Part shown: in pieces, positions 13,880 through 28,742 of the stretch
Layout of the letters: each line of letters begins with the position of its first letter
How positions within the stretch are numbered: the stretch's first letter is position 1
Assembly (NCBI RefSeq): GCF_009914755.1
Contig: NC_060947.1
Strand: one strand, 5' to 3'
Length of the DNA: 64,000 nucleotides
DNA from: the human T2T-CHM13v2.0 reference genome, Homo sapiens
The notes under the pieces: model-generated
Databases searched by the model: none
Told to the model about the DNA's origin: nothing
Seen by the model: the letters and a program-made list of their open reading frames with translations, nothing else
Position numbers and translations under genes: made by a program

Positions 13880-14935
13880 TTTTTCTAGTCTCAACCTTCT
13901 ATACACTCTCCCTGGGTAATCTCATCCATCCCCTGGCATCTCTATTCTGAGACACTGATGAGCTCAAATCTACTTATAACAACAGCCCAGATCTGTTCTG
14001 AATCCTAGACACACTTTTCCAATCGCTGATGGGAAAAGCTACCTGGATGTCATACCAGCATCTTAAACTTAACATGTCTAAAAAGAAACTCATTTTCCCT
14101 TCCAAACCTGCTCCTCCTGCTGTGTTCCTTCTCTTGGTAAATTAATCACTATTCTCTCAGTTTCCCAAACTTAAAACTTTAAAGTCATCCTTGACTCTGT
14201 TATTTCCTTCAACCTCAACCAGTAATCAATTATGAGGTTCTATCAATTCGAACACACTTATATCTCTTGAGTGTGTCTCTTCATCTCCACAGACATTGTT
14301 TGGACCTCTAATGCGATTCTTAGCTCTAGCCTAATTCAGTGGCCTCACAGATTTTTCTCCCTGCATCCCATTATTTCCAGTTGCAATCAATCTTCTACAC
14401 TGCTGCCTACACTTCTACAATTCCCCTGTATACACTTCTTATCCTAAAAATTACAATTGATCATGAAATTCTCCACTAATTGAAAGCTTTCTTTTCTGAT
14501 GCTTAAAGGGAATTTTAAAAAACTCCTAAATTGGGCATGCGCGACTTCACAATCTGGCTCCAACATTCCTTGCTCTAGCCATATTGAATGTTTCACCATT
14601 ACAGGCCTTCTTCAGAGCTGTATACTTTGCACTTGCTTATCTGCTCTCTAGGAATGTCCTTCTGGTAAACTTTTATTCAAATTTTAACTTAGATCAAATA
14701 TCACCTTTCTATGTACTCTGATTCCTCTAAAGAAGTTAATTGTTTCATTCTGTGTACTTCCACAGCACCTTTTTTATCTGTAAAACCACTTCATACATTT
14801 AATTGCAATAATGTGTTTTGAGTGTCTATTTTCTCCACTGCACTATAAGTTTCCTGCAAGCAGTCATCTCCATCCTCAGCATTGGCTTCAAGGTCTGACA
14901 CATATTAATTTGTAAATAAAAGCTTATTGAATAAA
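13880..14935 (+). mobile_element. L2 LINE relic
   Basis: ctccctgggtaatctcatcca, acctggatgtc...catcttaaacttaacatgtc and terminal ttattgaataaa motifs. Confidence 0.75.
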
Positions 14936-15759
14936 AAGAATCCGTTGAAAGGACGTTAGAATGACATCATAGAGACAAACTTCCCTCACCCCAAATTCCT
15001 TTTGATGAAACTGCACAGACAAAATCTGAGGCTGGCCAGCTCTTTATACTGACTCAGCATAAAATTGCTTATGTTTTTAGAACTGTCACCAGAATGCATT
15101 CTTATTTCTACTCACAATATATTAGGTCAACCACTCTACACCCTAAACCCACAACCCATAAATCACAATTGTAAATTCATCTTCTGTAAAGACAAACTTA
15201 CAGATAAGTATTTTAATGAGAACTAGGCATTTCCTAAAGCCAAAAACATTTCCATAGGAAATAATTTCCCAATTGTCAGGCAGAAGAAGAGAATTATTTT
15301 AGAACGAACTTACATGATATTAACTGAAAAAAATGGGAAATATTAAAATGAATTCCTTGAAAAGAAAGATATAAAACTTTTACCAATTACGTTAAGGGAT
15401 GAAAATGAGTAATATAGTTAACATCACAAATATTTAATGTATATTTGTTAGAATGAATATCTTAAATTTTGGCTCAATTTAAGGTTGTTTTTAAAATGTA
15501 AGATTCCAGTACTAATTAGAGTACTGTAATTTTCATTTGTAATAATTGCATTTGACATGGCAATATTTAAAGAATAGTTTTCAATGCATGATAAGCACTT
15601 ATATTTCAGTTGATAGCAACTAATTCCTTAAATGAAACAATTATAAAGCATATATTATATGCAAAATTTTATGGAAAATAGAGATCTGTCATGATCCCCA
15701 TCTTTATTGAGTATACAGTCTAGGAGAATATATATAACCATAAGAAGAGGTTAAAAAGA

Positions 15760-16054
<295 letters not shown>

Positions 16055-16069
16055 TAAAAAGAATGTATT

Positions 16070-16680
16070 TTCAAAGTTCACAGAGAAAGATCACCTACAC
16101 AGTGAAACAGTGATGATGTTGGGGGTGATGGTGAGGCAAGGATTCAGTGGGAAAGGATGCTTGTAAGCTAGGCCTTGAAAGATGGTTGAATATGCATAAA
16201 GAGAGATAGCAGCAAATTGTATCCCAAGAAAGATGTAACAGCACAGCAAAGGGATTGAAAAGAGATGAGGTGAGATCCCGGTAGACCAGTAAAGAAACAA
16301 AAAACAGTCTAGGTGAGATATAATGAGAGTAATGATCATGAAAATGGAAAGGAGAAAATGGATTTGAGAGATGTAGAGATTAACTCTGCTGGATGAGGAA
16401 ACTGATTAGATATAGTAAGTATGTGTGGTTGGGAGAATGGGAGCATCATTAACAGATGTAGGTGATACAAGGAAGATGAGTGGGATTAGGAGTGTTAAGA
16501 TGATTGCTTCCACTTTAAATAGACTGGTTTAGAGGTGTCAGTGTATTATTCATTTGGAAATGCCGGGGAGGTTAACTGAAAATTTAGGACTAGAGTTTAG
16601 GAAGGAGGTTAGGTCTGAAGATAAATATTTGAAGGTCACTCAAATAGATGTGATCATTGAAGCCATCTGAGTAAAAATAT
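16070..16680 (-). mobile_element. L2 LINE relic
   Basis: Purine-rich antisense L2 motifs (ggagaaaatggatttgagagat; gaagataaatatttgaaggtcac...ttgaagccat). Confidence 0.55.
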
Positions 16681-16692
16681 TTCGGGGTTCAA

Positions 16693-16870
16693 GCAGTAAT
16701 CTTCAATCTTGAGCAGGAATCAGAATCCCCTGGGGATTTGTTAAACCACAAATGGGTCCCACCCCCAGGGTTTCTGACTCAATATGTCTAGAGTGGGGCT
16801 GGAGAATTTACACTCTAAAAAAATTCTCAGGTTTTGCTGTTGTTGCTAGTCAAGTCCACACTTGGAGGAC
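16693..16870. mobile_element. MER5A MITE
   Basis: cagtaatcttcaatcttgagcaggaatcagaatc...gtttctgactca...gtggggctggagaattt. Confidence 0.75.
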
Positions 16871-16938
16871 ATAGAAAATTAAGTCTATTACTTTTTATCT
16901 CAGCATTAACTTATTCATAAAAAAGATAACTTGTGCCA

Positions 16939-17279
<341 letters not shown>

Positions 17280-17936
17280 TCAGTATCTTCTACGTCATTA
17301 AAATAGTGTCTAACACAGTTTATCTATCAATTGGAACAGGAAATCGTATTTCTACTAGTTTTTTGTTAGAAACTGTCTTGTCAATCCATAATTGAGAAAC
17401 TAAGACTGCCCAAAGAATATGCTCCAAAATATGGCTATTGTAGGAAGGGTTCTAAAAAATTCTTACTTTCCTTTCAGACTCGGCTACACAATGTTTCTAC
17501 ATTACGGTGATAGACTTTCTGGAACCCTGTTTGGTGGTCTCCACTAACCTGCTAGCTTTGTCAGCAGCCAAATATTTATTTGAGACTTCTGTCCCATATA
17601 AGCAATGGCTTGAAAAGCACTTAGCTGTTTACTTTTCATCTTACTATAAATTATTTATCCTTCAGTCTATAAATGGCTATTTGTAGGATTACACAAATTT
17701 TGAATGCTCTGATAAGAGGACTGCAGCATCCAAATTCATGCATAATCCATAAAAAGCACATGTAACCTACAACCTCAGCTGGGCTGACATATGCAATAGA
17801 TTCTCTGAGCATATATAAGCAGTGCGAATTATTAACCAGTTAACATTAGCAAATTTATTTTTGAAACAAAGTTTATGCACACAAGCATTCTCTAATGAGA
17901 AATAATATTTGTTATAAAGATCCAATAAAAACATAC

Positions 17937-18153
17937 CTTGAGTAGATTTTTCTACTTCTTTCCTCTTTCTACTCTGGCTATTGTAATTCATCCTCAGCTC
18001 CTGGTTATACTCGTGCAGGGTCTCCCTGGAGTTGTATGACTGTCTTGGTTTTCTTCCATCTTCACTCTCATCAGAAGAACTGGTGTAAGCTAGATCCATT
18101 TCATGCTTGACTTTTGGTAGAGGCTGGTAGGGTTTGCAGTCAGTTTGCTCCAT
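17937..18153 (-). CDS. TENM1: Teneurin-1 first coding exon (residues 1-72 plus 1 nt; N-terminal intracellular domain)
   Basis: MEQTDCKPYQPLPKVKHEMDLAYTSSSDESEDGRKPRQSY...SRKRKEVEKSTQ is the recognisable teneurin-1 N-terminus. Strong Kozak GAGATGG, in-frame TAA 9 nt upstream, donor AAG|GTATGT at 17937/17936, 217 coding nt (phase 1). Confidence 0.97.
17959..17970 (-). other. TENM1: RKRK nuclear localisation signal (residues 62-65)
   Basis: AGA AAG AGG AAA in frame; RKRK is the NLS described for the teneurin-1 intracellular domain. Confidence 0.8.
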
Positions 18154-18240
18154 CTCTGATTAAGCAAGCTCAGTTTCATGAAAAAAAGGATGAGGAAGTC
18201 CTTTAATGCAAGCAGTCCTGGAAGAGAAAGGGAAAAACAC
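18154..18240 (-). promoter_or_regulatory. TENM1: 64-nt 5'UTR part of the exon (18217-18154) and its 3' splice site
   Basis: Minus strand reads GTGTTTTTCCCTTTCTCTTCCAG|GACTGC: strong polypyrimidine tract, AG at 18219-18218. Confidence 0.85.
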
Positions 18241-19457
18241 AAGCCTTCTTAGATTTATCTTTTTGTGAGGAAATGCATCTGGCAGATTCACAATTGGTCC
18301 TGATAATACCATCAAAGGAGAGAAGTAAAAGACAAACTAGATGACATGAAGCTAGCCGGAGGCAATAATAACACTCTGTGTTACATGCATACATTGTCAA
18401 GCATTAAGGATTAAGCTGGAGGTTGCAGCATCAGAAAATACTCAAGGTAAAAGAGAGACAGCCTTCAAAAATATTTGTATTGGAATTCAAATAGAGGACA
18501 ACGTTGTTCTATGGTGTGTGCGTGTTTTTAATGTTAAAATCAGTGGTTAGATTAAAAAACGTTATCAGATTTGAAAGTGGTGAGGAGTACAAAGATTAAC
18601 CCTGCACATTCCACATTTGAAATGAAAACTGGTAAGAGAACTACATTCAGAAAGAACACATTCTTGCTTCTGGTTTAATATTACATTTAAGACAGGGGCT
18701 CTGAGTAAGGGAAGGATTCTGAGTGAGAGAGCTCATGGAATAAAGTATCCTTGAGGGGGACTGAACTCTTTGTGCTCATATTGTGGCTTTTGAGCCTCAG
18801 GCCTGCAGAGCATTCTTAATGAGTTAGGTGGTGGTAAATTTTTGTTCTTCATAGTACTGAGAGGATGTAAACACTTCTGGTGAGTATACTGGTACAGCAA
18901 CAGCAGGATCTAAATCAGTTTTGGAAATAGCAATTTTAAACTTCATGATAAATCACCGAAAGAACCCCCTTTCCCCATAGAATGCTGAGCTAGGAGCCAC
19001 TGAAGGTCTTAGGGCCAGTAGAGGCATTAACTGCTCTACTTAGCACGGAGAGTTTCGAGACGATCAAGTGTCATCTGAGATGTCAAAGTCCTCTGTAAAT
19101 TTAAAAGCCCTGTAAAAATGTTCTTATTTTCATTCTTTACATTATTTTGTCATCACCATTTCAGTCCACTGTTGCAACTTTGCAACTTGGTCTTTTCATA
19201 CAATGTTTAAAAATGTAGTTAGAAACCAATTAACTTTATGATTTTATTTTGCAGTGAAACTGACTCTTTTATTTTTCTTCAGCTCTTCACCATATGTATT
19301 TTCAAAGAAATCTATAGACATCCAAATGGTGGCTCCTCTATCATGTACACTATCTCATATTTTGGAATTCTTATTGCATTTATGCCAAGCACATAGAACA
19401 CAGAAATCATTCAAAAAAGGCTTTTAGCTTTTCAAAGTATGATGTAGGCTGATTTTT

Positions 19458-19778
19458 ATTGATCAATTTGATTGATTGATTGATTGATTGATTTAGAGAC
19501 GGAGTCTTGCTCAGTCGCCCAGGCTGGAGTTCAGTGGTGCGATCTCGGCTCACTGCAAGCTCCGTCTCCCGGGTTCACGCCATTCTTCTGCCTCAGCCTC
19601 CCGAGTAGCTAGGACTACAGGCACCCGCCACCATGCCCGGCTAATTTTTTTTGTATTTTTAGTAGAGACGGGATTTCACCAAGTTAGCCAGGATGGTCTC
19701 GATCTCCTCACCTCGTGATCCACCCGCCTCGGCCTCCCAAAGTGCTGGGATTACAGGCGTGAGGCACCACGCCCGGCC
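19458..19778 (-). mobile_element. AluY with (TGAT)n-degenerated tail
   Basis: AluY diagnostics gcaagctccg, ttcacgccattc, ttagccaggatggtctcgatctcc; 16-bp TSD atgtaggctgattttt at 19442-19457 and 19780-19795. Confidence 0.95.
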
Positions 19779-20199
19779 TATGTAGGCTGATTTTTTAAAA
19801 AAGGCTTACACATTTGACTGATATATGTTTTAAATGGTTCTTCTTTTGTGGTATGAACAGTTTCACAAGTCAAGGTCTTCTTTTCCTAATCAAATGTGAA
19901 GGTCTTGAAGGCAGGATGTGAGTCTTAATGTCTCTTTATATCCCCCACACCGCTAAGTATTACTTTAGGCACACACGTAGTAGAAACTATTTAACTCCTG
20001 AACCTACAAACTGTGTATGGAGACACCTAGTTTGGTTTGAACTAATATGAGAGATGAGCATGCTTAAAGAGAAAGCAGCAGATATGAACATATACATATA
20101 TATATATATACACACACCAATGATTCAACAACAATCTAATCTCACGCCAGTATATTGGCTTCATATACTGTCTACACACCCATAACTTCTCAGTTTATA

Positions 20200-21310
<1,111 letters not shown>

Positions 21311-23914
21311 AATAAACAACTGTTGAAAACTCTCAAGAGGGGCTGGAGAGAACGTGGAAATGCATAAGACATAGTCTCGGCCCCTGAGGAACTCATAGCT
21401 TAATATACACAATAAGTAAACAACTCTACTACAAAGCAGAATGAAGTGGCTTGTATACACAAAAGACAAAAACAGTAATGTTTGAGCACTAAAGATGAAG
21501 ATATTGGAAAAGGATTGCACTTGATTCAACTAGTTGTCACCACAACCATTGAAATTCCATTGAGCATCTATAACACCAGTTTTAATCTCTTTCTTCTTAG
21601 GTTTCCATAACATGATCTTCAGGAGATGCTATGGAAACCTAAGAAGAAAGGTGGACAGTTGTCTTACTTTGCTACAAACAGTGCAAATTGAGAACTGTAC
21701 CAATAGCAGGCTTCCAGAGATGTAGTTTTACAGCCAAGGATTAGACTTTCACCCAGAAAAGGAAGCATCTATAAAATTCACCTAACGTCTAAACAGGTCT
21801 TTCCTTTCTACAAATGCCACAGCTTCCCCGGTCCATCCCATATCCAGCCACGTCTTTTCTTTTCATGGAACGCCGATGATTCATACAGCTTTAATCTAGC
21901 CCCGAGAGCTTTCTTAAGCTATGTGCACCTATTTCAACTGTAAAGTGGGCAGCTTTACTCGAAGGTCCCTTAGGTATGGCAAGTCAGTATTTCCTCCCTC
22001 CCAAAATGTGTTCATGTTCTCAAACTTCCCCATCTCTGTTAATGGCCACATTAGTAGTTCAAGTCAGAAACCTAGAACTTACCACTCCTCCATCCACACA
22101 AGCATCTAGCTAATTGCTAGGTCGCATTGCAATCTCCAGTCTCTCTCTTCCTTTCCATCCCAGTTGCCACTGCTTTAGCTCAGTCCCTCATCAGTTCTGC
22201 CTGAACTGTAGATGTTCCTTCCCCCATACCCTTCCTGCTCCAACCCATCCTCCACACTGCCACTAGGGTCATCATCACAATGACCAATGTAAAGTTCTTC
22301 AGTGGCTGTGAGAGCTGAACTATAAAAGAAATGTATTAGTGGACTAGATACTGGAAACAACAAGGGAAAATAAATTTGACAAGGGTAGTTGCATTATTAA
22401 AAATATACAAAGATAGTCTCAAATTTCTAAGCTGCTCAAGAATATTAAATACTCAAAGTAGAGTTTAGGTAAATAAAAATGGTTGCTGAGTGGGATAAAA
22501 CATATATACAGAAACTTTGAAAAACGTGCTTAGTTTTTCTGTTAAAGTAAAACAACACCAAAAAATTAAATCTATTAATTAAAATACAAAAATAAAATTA
22601 AAAGGTAAAAATAATTCACCTAACTTCATTTCAACGAATTCATTTCAACTTAAGCTTTATTAACTTAACTTCATTTCAACTTAAACTTCAGTTGATTATG
22701 AATCTCTACTAATCTTAATGCCACTCAAACCTAACGATTTAAATTTAAAAAAGAAAAATGTCTCACTTTGAATGCTGAATGTTGTGTTTTGGCAAATATG
22801 ATTTATCATGTTAAAATCACCCTTAATTTTATGCATGGAAACCTAGGCATTCTCTTTTCCCTCCATAGGTTTATTTGTAACGAGAGAGAGAGAAAGAGAG
22901 AGAGACTTTCCTATAGCCATCTGGAAACCCTTTCAAATTTCCAATCATAACTATTCATAGCCATGAATCAGCTAGGAATGTCATATCTATTCAAGGTTAT
23001 TGAGTGCCCTTGGAAGCACTCTTCCTTCAAACCACAAAAGTAGTATAAACTAAGAGAAAATAATCCTTTCCTGCTCCTCGACACTCAACGATAACTTTTT
23101 GTCCTAAAATTTGTGTCAGTGGACCCAGGTGACAAGGAAAACTTTCCAGGTCTCTCAAAGCATGTGATATGGAGGTGCACACAATTATGTGTGCCTAGAG
23201 TTGTGAAATCATAACTGTGATATTTGTCAAAGGCTTGAGAAACAGAGTTTGAATTCACTAATAAATAGCTCATTTTTTTCAAAATAAAAAAGCAGAAAAC
23301 ATTAAGAAAAAGATTAATATTTTAAATCCACCAATGGTTGAAAGCATAATAATTCTGAAAGAATGTTGTTCCAAATACTCTATGGTAAAGGATAGGTTCC
23401 CATGTGCTTAATTGACTTTTTCAGTCAGTGCCCATCATGGCATCCTGGGGGTCCACTGTCAAGTAAATGTTATTTAGACATGATGATGAAACTGTCAACT
23501 TACAGAAAAATCAAATATATATAAAATGCTATTCACATCCAAATAATATCATTTCTATATTATTTTGATAATGATAAACTCTAAGACAAAGCAAATGTGT
23601 ATGGAAAACACATGCTGCTATGGAACAGAGTGCAAAACAAAGAAGTCAATTATAGTTTTTACTGCAGAAGATGCCTTCAGATAGTCCACAAAGTATGAAT
23701 TCAAATGTCAACATCTGTGGCTTGCTCTTGTGCTTTAAACTCTCTACTTGCTAACAAGACAAACTCTAAGTGACTTTAGAAGACAGCCATGGAGACTTAT
23801 GTTCATTTATTTAGTCACTGTAAGGTTAGGGAGAGACAACTTAGTATGTGGAAATCATTGACCTTCAACTGACAGAATTATCACAATAAAAGTAACAGCA
23901 GCAGCAGCTGTAGC

Positions 23915-24170
23915 AGCTAACTCATAAAGCAGTTATCAGGTACCAGGTGCTATATTAGTGCTTTTCCTACATTAACTCATTTAATTCTTGTAGCACCCTG
24001 TGAGGTAGGTACTGTTTTAAATGCCCATTTTGCAGATAAAGAAAACCAAGGAACAGAGAAGTTAAGTTTCTTGCCAAGATCACACATGTAGTAAACGGCA
24101 GGACTGAGATTTCAATTCCTACAGTCTGTCTCCAATGGCCCGACTCTTAACCACTCGTCTACACTGCTCT
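23915..24170 (-). mobile_element. MIR SINE
   Basis: attaactcatttaattc...tgaggtaggtact...cccattttgcagataaagaaaac...aagatcacac. Confidence 0.8.
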
Positions 24171-25031
24171 TCAGAACATGTGGCAGAATGATCTTAGGAA
24201 AATCACCTCCCCTTTCTCAGGGCATTCTTTTTCTAAATGTAAACTAAGGAGATTGGATTATCTCAAAGAACTCTTCCAACTCTAAAATTCTACAATTGTT
24301 TATGAAATGTGAAGGGAAGTTTAGATTGATTTGCAAAAAATAAAATGATGAGTATAAAGACCATGTTTACATTAGTTATCATTCCTTCTCCTCTTCCCTT
24401 TCTTCCTTTGTCCTCCTCTCCCTATCCCTAGCCTTCTCACACATACTCCAATCTACTGTAGCATAGCTGAACTAAAATATTGTTTTGAATCCATGGACCT
24501 GAGTATATATCTATGCACTGGGGATAACCTTTCCTCCACTATCCTTTTATTTTCTTTCCGTTTCTCATTCTTAATCACATACACTGCCCCCTCAAAATGG
24601 GAACCTGTTTCCTGGTTTACCCTCAGAAAATACAGTCTGGTCCTACTCACAGCAGATGCTTATAGTTTGGAACTTCCTCCAAATAGTCTCACTCCACCTC
24701 AGAAAAATAAATTAAAGGGTACATAGAACATTGCCTAAGGATACCAGGCCTTCATAGCACAACAGATAGAGGAAATGAGGCCACACAGTGCCTGAGGAAT
24801 AGCTGGCAAAGGAGGATAGTACTCTTTGGAATTATTACAATAATTTTTCCTTAATAAGGACTTATTACATTAATGCAGATTGACTGATTCAGAAAACACT
24901 GTATTTAGGAAGCTCTTAAAAGAAAGGTGAAATTCTGACTGATTCTCCTCTTAACTTTCTTTGTTTTTCTAAGAAAGCACTTAAGAAGTGAACTGCTGTG
25001 GGTGTGAGAAAATAAAAGCTATAAAAGTACA

Positions 25032-25695
25032 AACAACAGGTGCTGGAGAGGATGTGGAGAAATAGGAACGCTTTTACACTGTTGGTGGGACTGTAAACTA
25101 GTTCAACCATTGTGGAAGACAGTGTGGTGATTCCTCAAGGATCTAGCACTAGAAATACCATTTGACCCAGCCATCCCATTACTGGGTATGTACCCAAAGG
25201 ATTATAAATCATGCTGCTATAAAGACACATGCACACGTATGTTCATGGCGGCACTATTCACAATAGCAAAGACTTGGAACCAACCCAAATGTCCAACAAT
25301 GATACACTGGATTAAGAAAATGTGGCACATATATACCATGGAATACTATGCAGCCATAAAAAAGGATGAGTTCATGTCCTTTGTAGGGACATGGATGAAG
25401 CTGGAAACCATCATTCTCAGCAAACTATCACAAGGACAGAAAACCAAACACCGCATGTTCTCACTCATAGGTGGGAATTGAACAATGAGTACACTTGGAC
25501 ACAGGAAGGGGAACATCACACACTGGGGCCTGTTGTGGGGTGGGGGGAGGGGGGAGGGATAGCATTAGGAGATATACCTAATGTAAATGACGGGTTAATG
25601 GGTGCAGCACACCAACATGGCACATGTATACATATGCAACAAACCTGCACGTTGTGCACATGTACCCTACAACTTAAAGTATAATAATAATAAAA
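25032..25695 (+). mobile_element. 5'-truncated L1PA (L1PA4/5-like): ORF2 C-terminus, 3'UTR, poly(A)
   Basis: Encodes ...YKSCCYKDTCTRMF...SLIGGN; G-rich 3'UTR tract 25537-25559; TSD aaaagtaca at 25023-25031 and 25696-25704. Confidence 0.95.
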
Positions 25696-25704
25696 AAAAG
25701 TACA

Positions 25705-26760
<1,056 letters not shown>

Positions 26761-27282
26761 ATGTTACTCTAAAAGGAAAACATGGTCACCAACTGGACAT
26801 AAACAAGTTGCTTTAGAAAAATATGACAAAACTTTGTAAAACCAAGAGTTTTTCCAAAAACAATTTGTTAGTCTAATTATTCAGTGGCTGCTTGATTGAC
26901 TTCATTTAGTTAGTCAGAAAATGAATTATAGTTTGATTGAATTCTAACACTGAAAAAGAACACATCAGTTTGTGTGTGATGACAGCTTACATAAGCATAT
27001 AAAGCTTAAAGGACTAGTCTGATTTTATCATGGAATTGGTCAGTTCTTTTGGTTTCACGTGGAAACAGCCATAACATTTTAGTATATAAAAAGAGAAGTA
27101 AATCACCACTTTTTAGGAGATGGGCTGAGAATTTTATGTACTGAATATGGGACTTCTTCTCCAGAAAATGATGGCTTTCAAAGTAGACTGCTTGCATGGT
27201 ACATAGACATTCTATTATGTCAAAGAGATAACACTCAAGAGTTGAACTGAAATTATTTACTGCTATCTTAGTTTGTTTTGTG

Positions 27283-28742
27283 CCATCTTAGTTTGTTTTG
27301 TGTTGATATAACAGAATACCTGAGACGGGCTAATTTATAAAGAAAAGAGATTTATTTCTTACAGTTCTGGACACTGGAAAGTCCAGGTCAAGGGGACACA
27401 ACTAGTTAGAGCTTTCTTGCTGTGTCAATTCATGATAGAAGGTAGGAAAGCAAGAAAGCCATCTTGAGTTAATTTTTGTATAAGGTGTAAGGAAGGGGTC
27501 CAGTTTCAGTTTTCTGCCTATGGCTAGCCAGTTTTCCCAATACCATTTATTAAATAGGGAATCGTTTCCCCACTGCTTGTTTTTGTCAGGTTTGTCAAAG
27601 ATCAGATGGTTGTAGATGTGTAGCATTATTTCTGAGGTCTCTGTTCTGTTCCATTGGTCTATATATTTGTTTTGGTACCAGTACCATGCTGTTTTGGATA
27701 CTGTAGCCTTGTAGTATAGTTTGAAGTCAGGTAGCATGATACCTCCAGTTTTGTCTTTTTGCTTAGGATTGTCTTGGCTATACGGGATCTTTTTTGGTTC
27801 CATAAGAAATTTAAAGTAGTTTTTTTCTAATTCTGTGAAGAAAGTCAATGGTAGCTTGATGGGGATAGCACTGAATCTCTAAATTACTTTGGGCGGTATG
27901 GCCATTTCCATGACATTGATTCTTCGTATCCATGAGCATGGAATGTTTTTCCATTTGTTTGTGTCCTCTCTTATTTCCTTGAGCAGTGGTTTGTAATTCT
28001 CCTTGAAGAGGTCCTTCACATCCCTTGTAAGTTGTATTCCTAGGTATTTTATTCTCTTTGTAGCAATTGTGAATGGGAGATCTCTCATGATTTGGCTCTC
28101 TATTATTGGCATATAGGAATGCTTGTGATTTTTGCACATTGATTTTGTATCCTGAGACGTTGCTGAAGTTGCTTATCATAAAAAAGGATGAGTTCATGTC
28201 CTTTGCAGGGACATGGATGAAGCTGGAAACCATCATTCTCAGCAAACTAACACAGGAACAGATAACCAAACACTGCGTGTTCTCACTCATAAGTGGGAAT
28301 TGGACAATGAGAACACATGGACACAGGGAGGGGAACATCACACACTGGGACCTGTCGGGGGAGTGGGAGAATAGGGGAGGGAAATACCTGATGTAGATGA
28401 TGAGTTGATGGGTGCCACCATGGCACATGTATACCTATGTAGCAAACCTGAATGTTCTGCACATGTATCCCAGAACTCAAAGTATAATAATACTACCACT
28501 ACTACTACTAATAATAATAAAGCAAGAAAGCATAAGAGAGCAAGAAGGCATCAAAGTTGCTTTTACAACAGACCCACTCTCTTGATAATGAACCCACGCT
28601 CATCATAATGGCATTAATCCATTGATGGCAGCAGAGCCCTCATTTCCTATTCATCTGTTGAAGTTCCCACCTCTCAACACTGTTACTTTGGACATTAAGT
28701 TTCCAACACATAAACTTTGGAGGACACATTCAAACCATAACA
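27283..28742 (-). mobile_element. MST-family (MaLR) solo LTR split by an L1 insertion
   Basis: tcttagtttg...taatttataaagaaaagagatttatttcttacagttctgg on the left; cccacctctcaacactgtt...ggacacattcaaaccataaca on the right. Confidence 0.8.
27460..28518 (+). mobile_element. 5'-inverted (twin-primed) L1PA (L1PA7/8-like)
   Basis: Antisense ORF2 segment 27460-28178 joined to sense 3' end 28177-28518; 13-bp TSD aaagcaagaaagc at 27447-27459 and 28519-28531. Confidence 0.92.

Noticed and set aside
17767-17936. Extension of the TENM1 ORF to 128 aa in the ORF track
   Set aside because: It is read-through past the canonical donor AAG|GTATGT into intron, and the sequence after STQ is not teneurin-like. 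A minus-strand AATAAA at 17580-17575 is not enough to claim an intronic-polyadenylated isoform.
22621-22690. Three copies of ttcatttcaac with short spacers, superficially array-like
   Set aside because: An 11-bp unit with irregular short spacers in AT-rich mammalian DNA is slippage-type low complexity, not CRISPR.
25537-25559. G-quadruplex-like tract
   Set aside because: It is the standard G-rich tract of the L1 3'UTR, not locus-specific.
27402-28480. Several 65-205 aa ORFs on both strands
   Set aside because: All derive from the inverted L1 (ORF2 fragments and off-frame readings).
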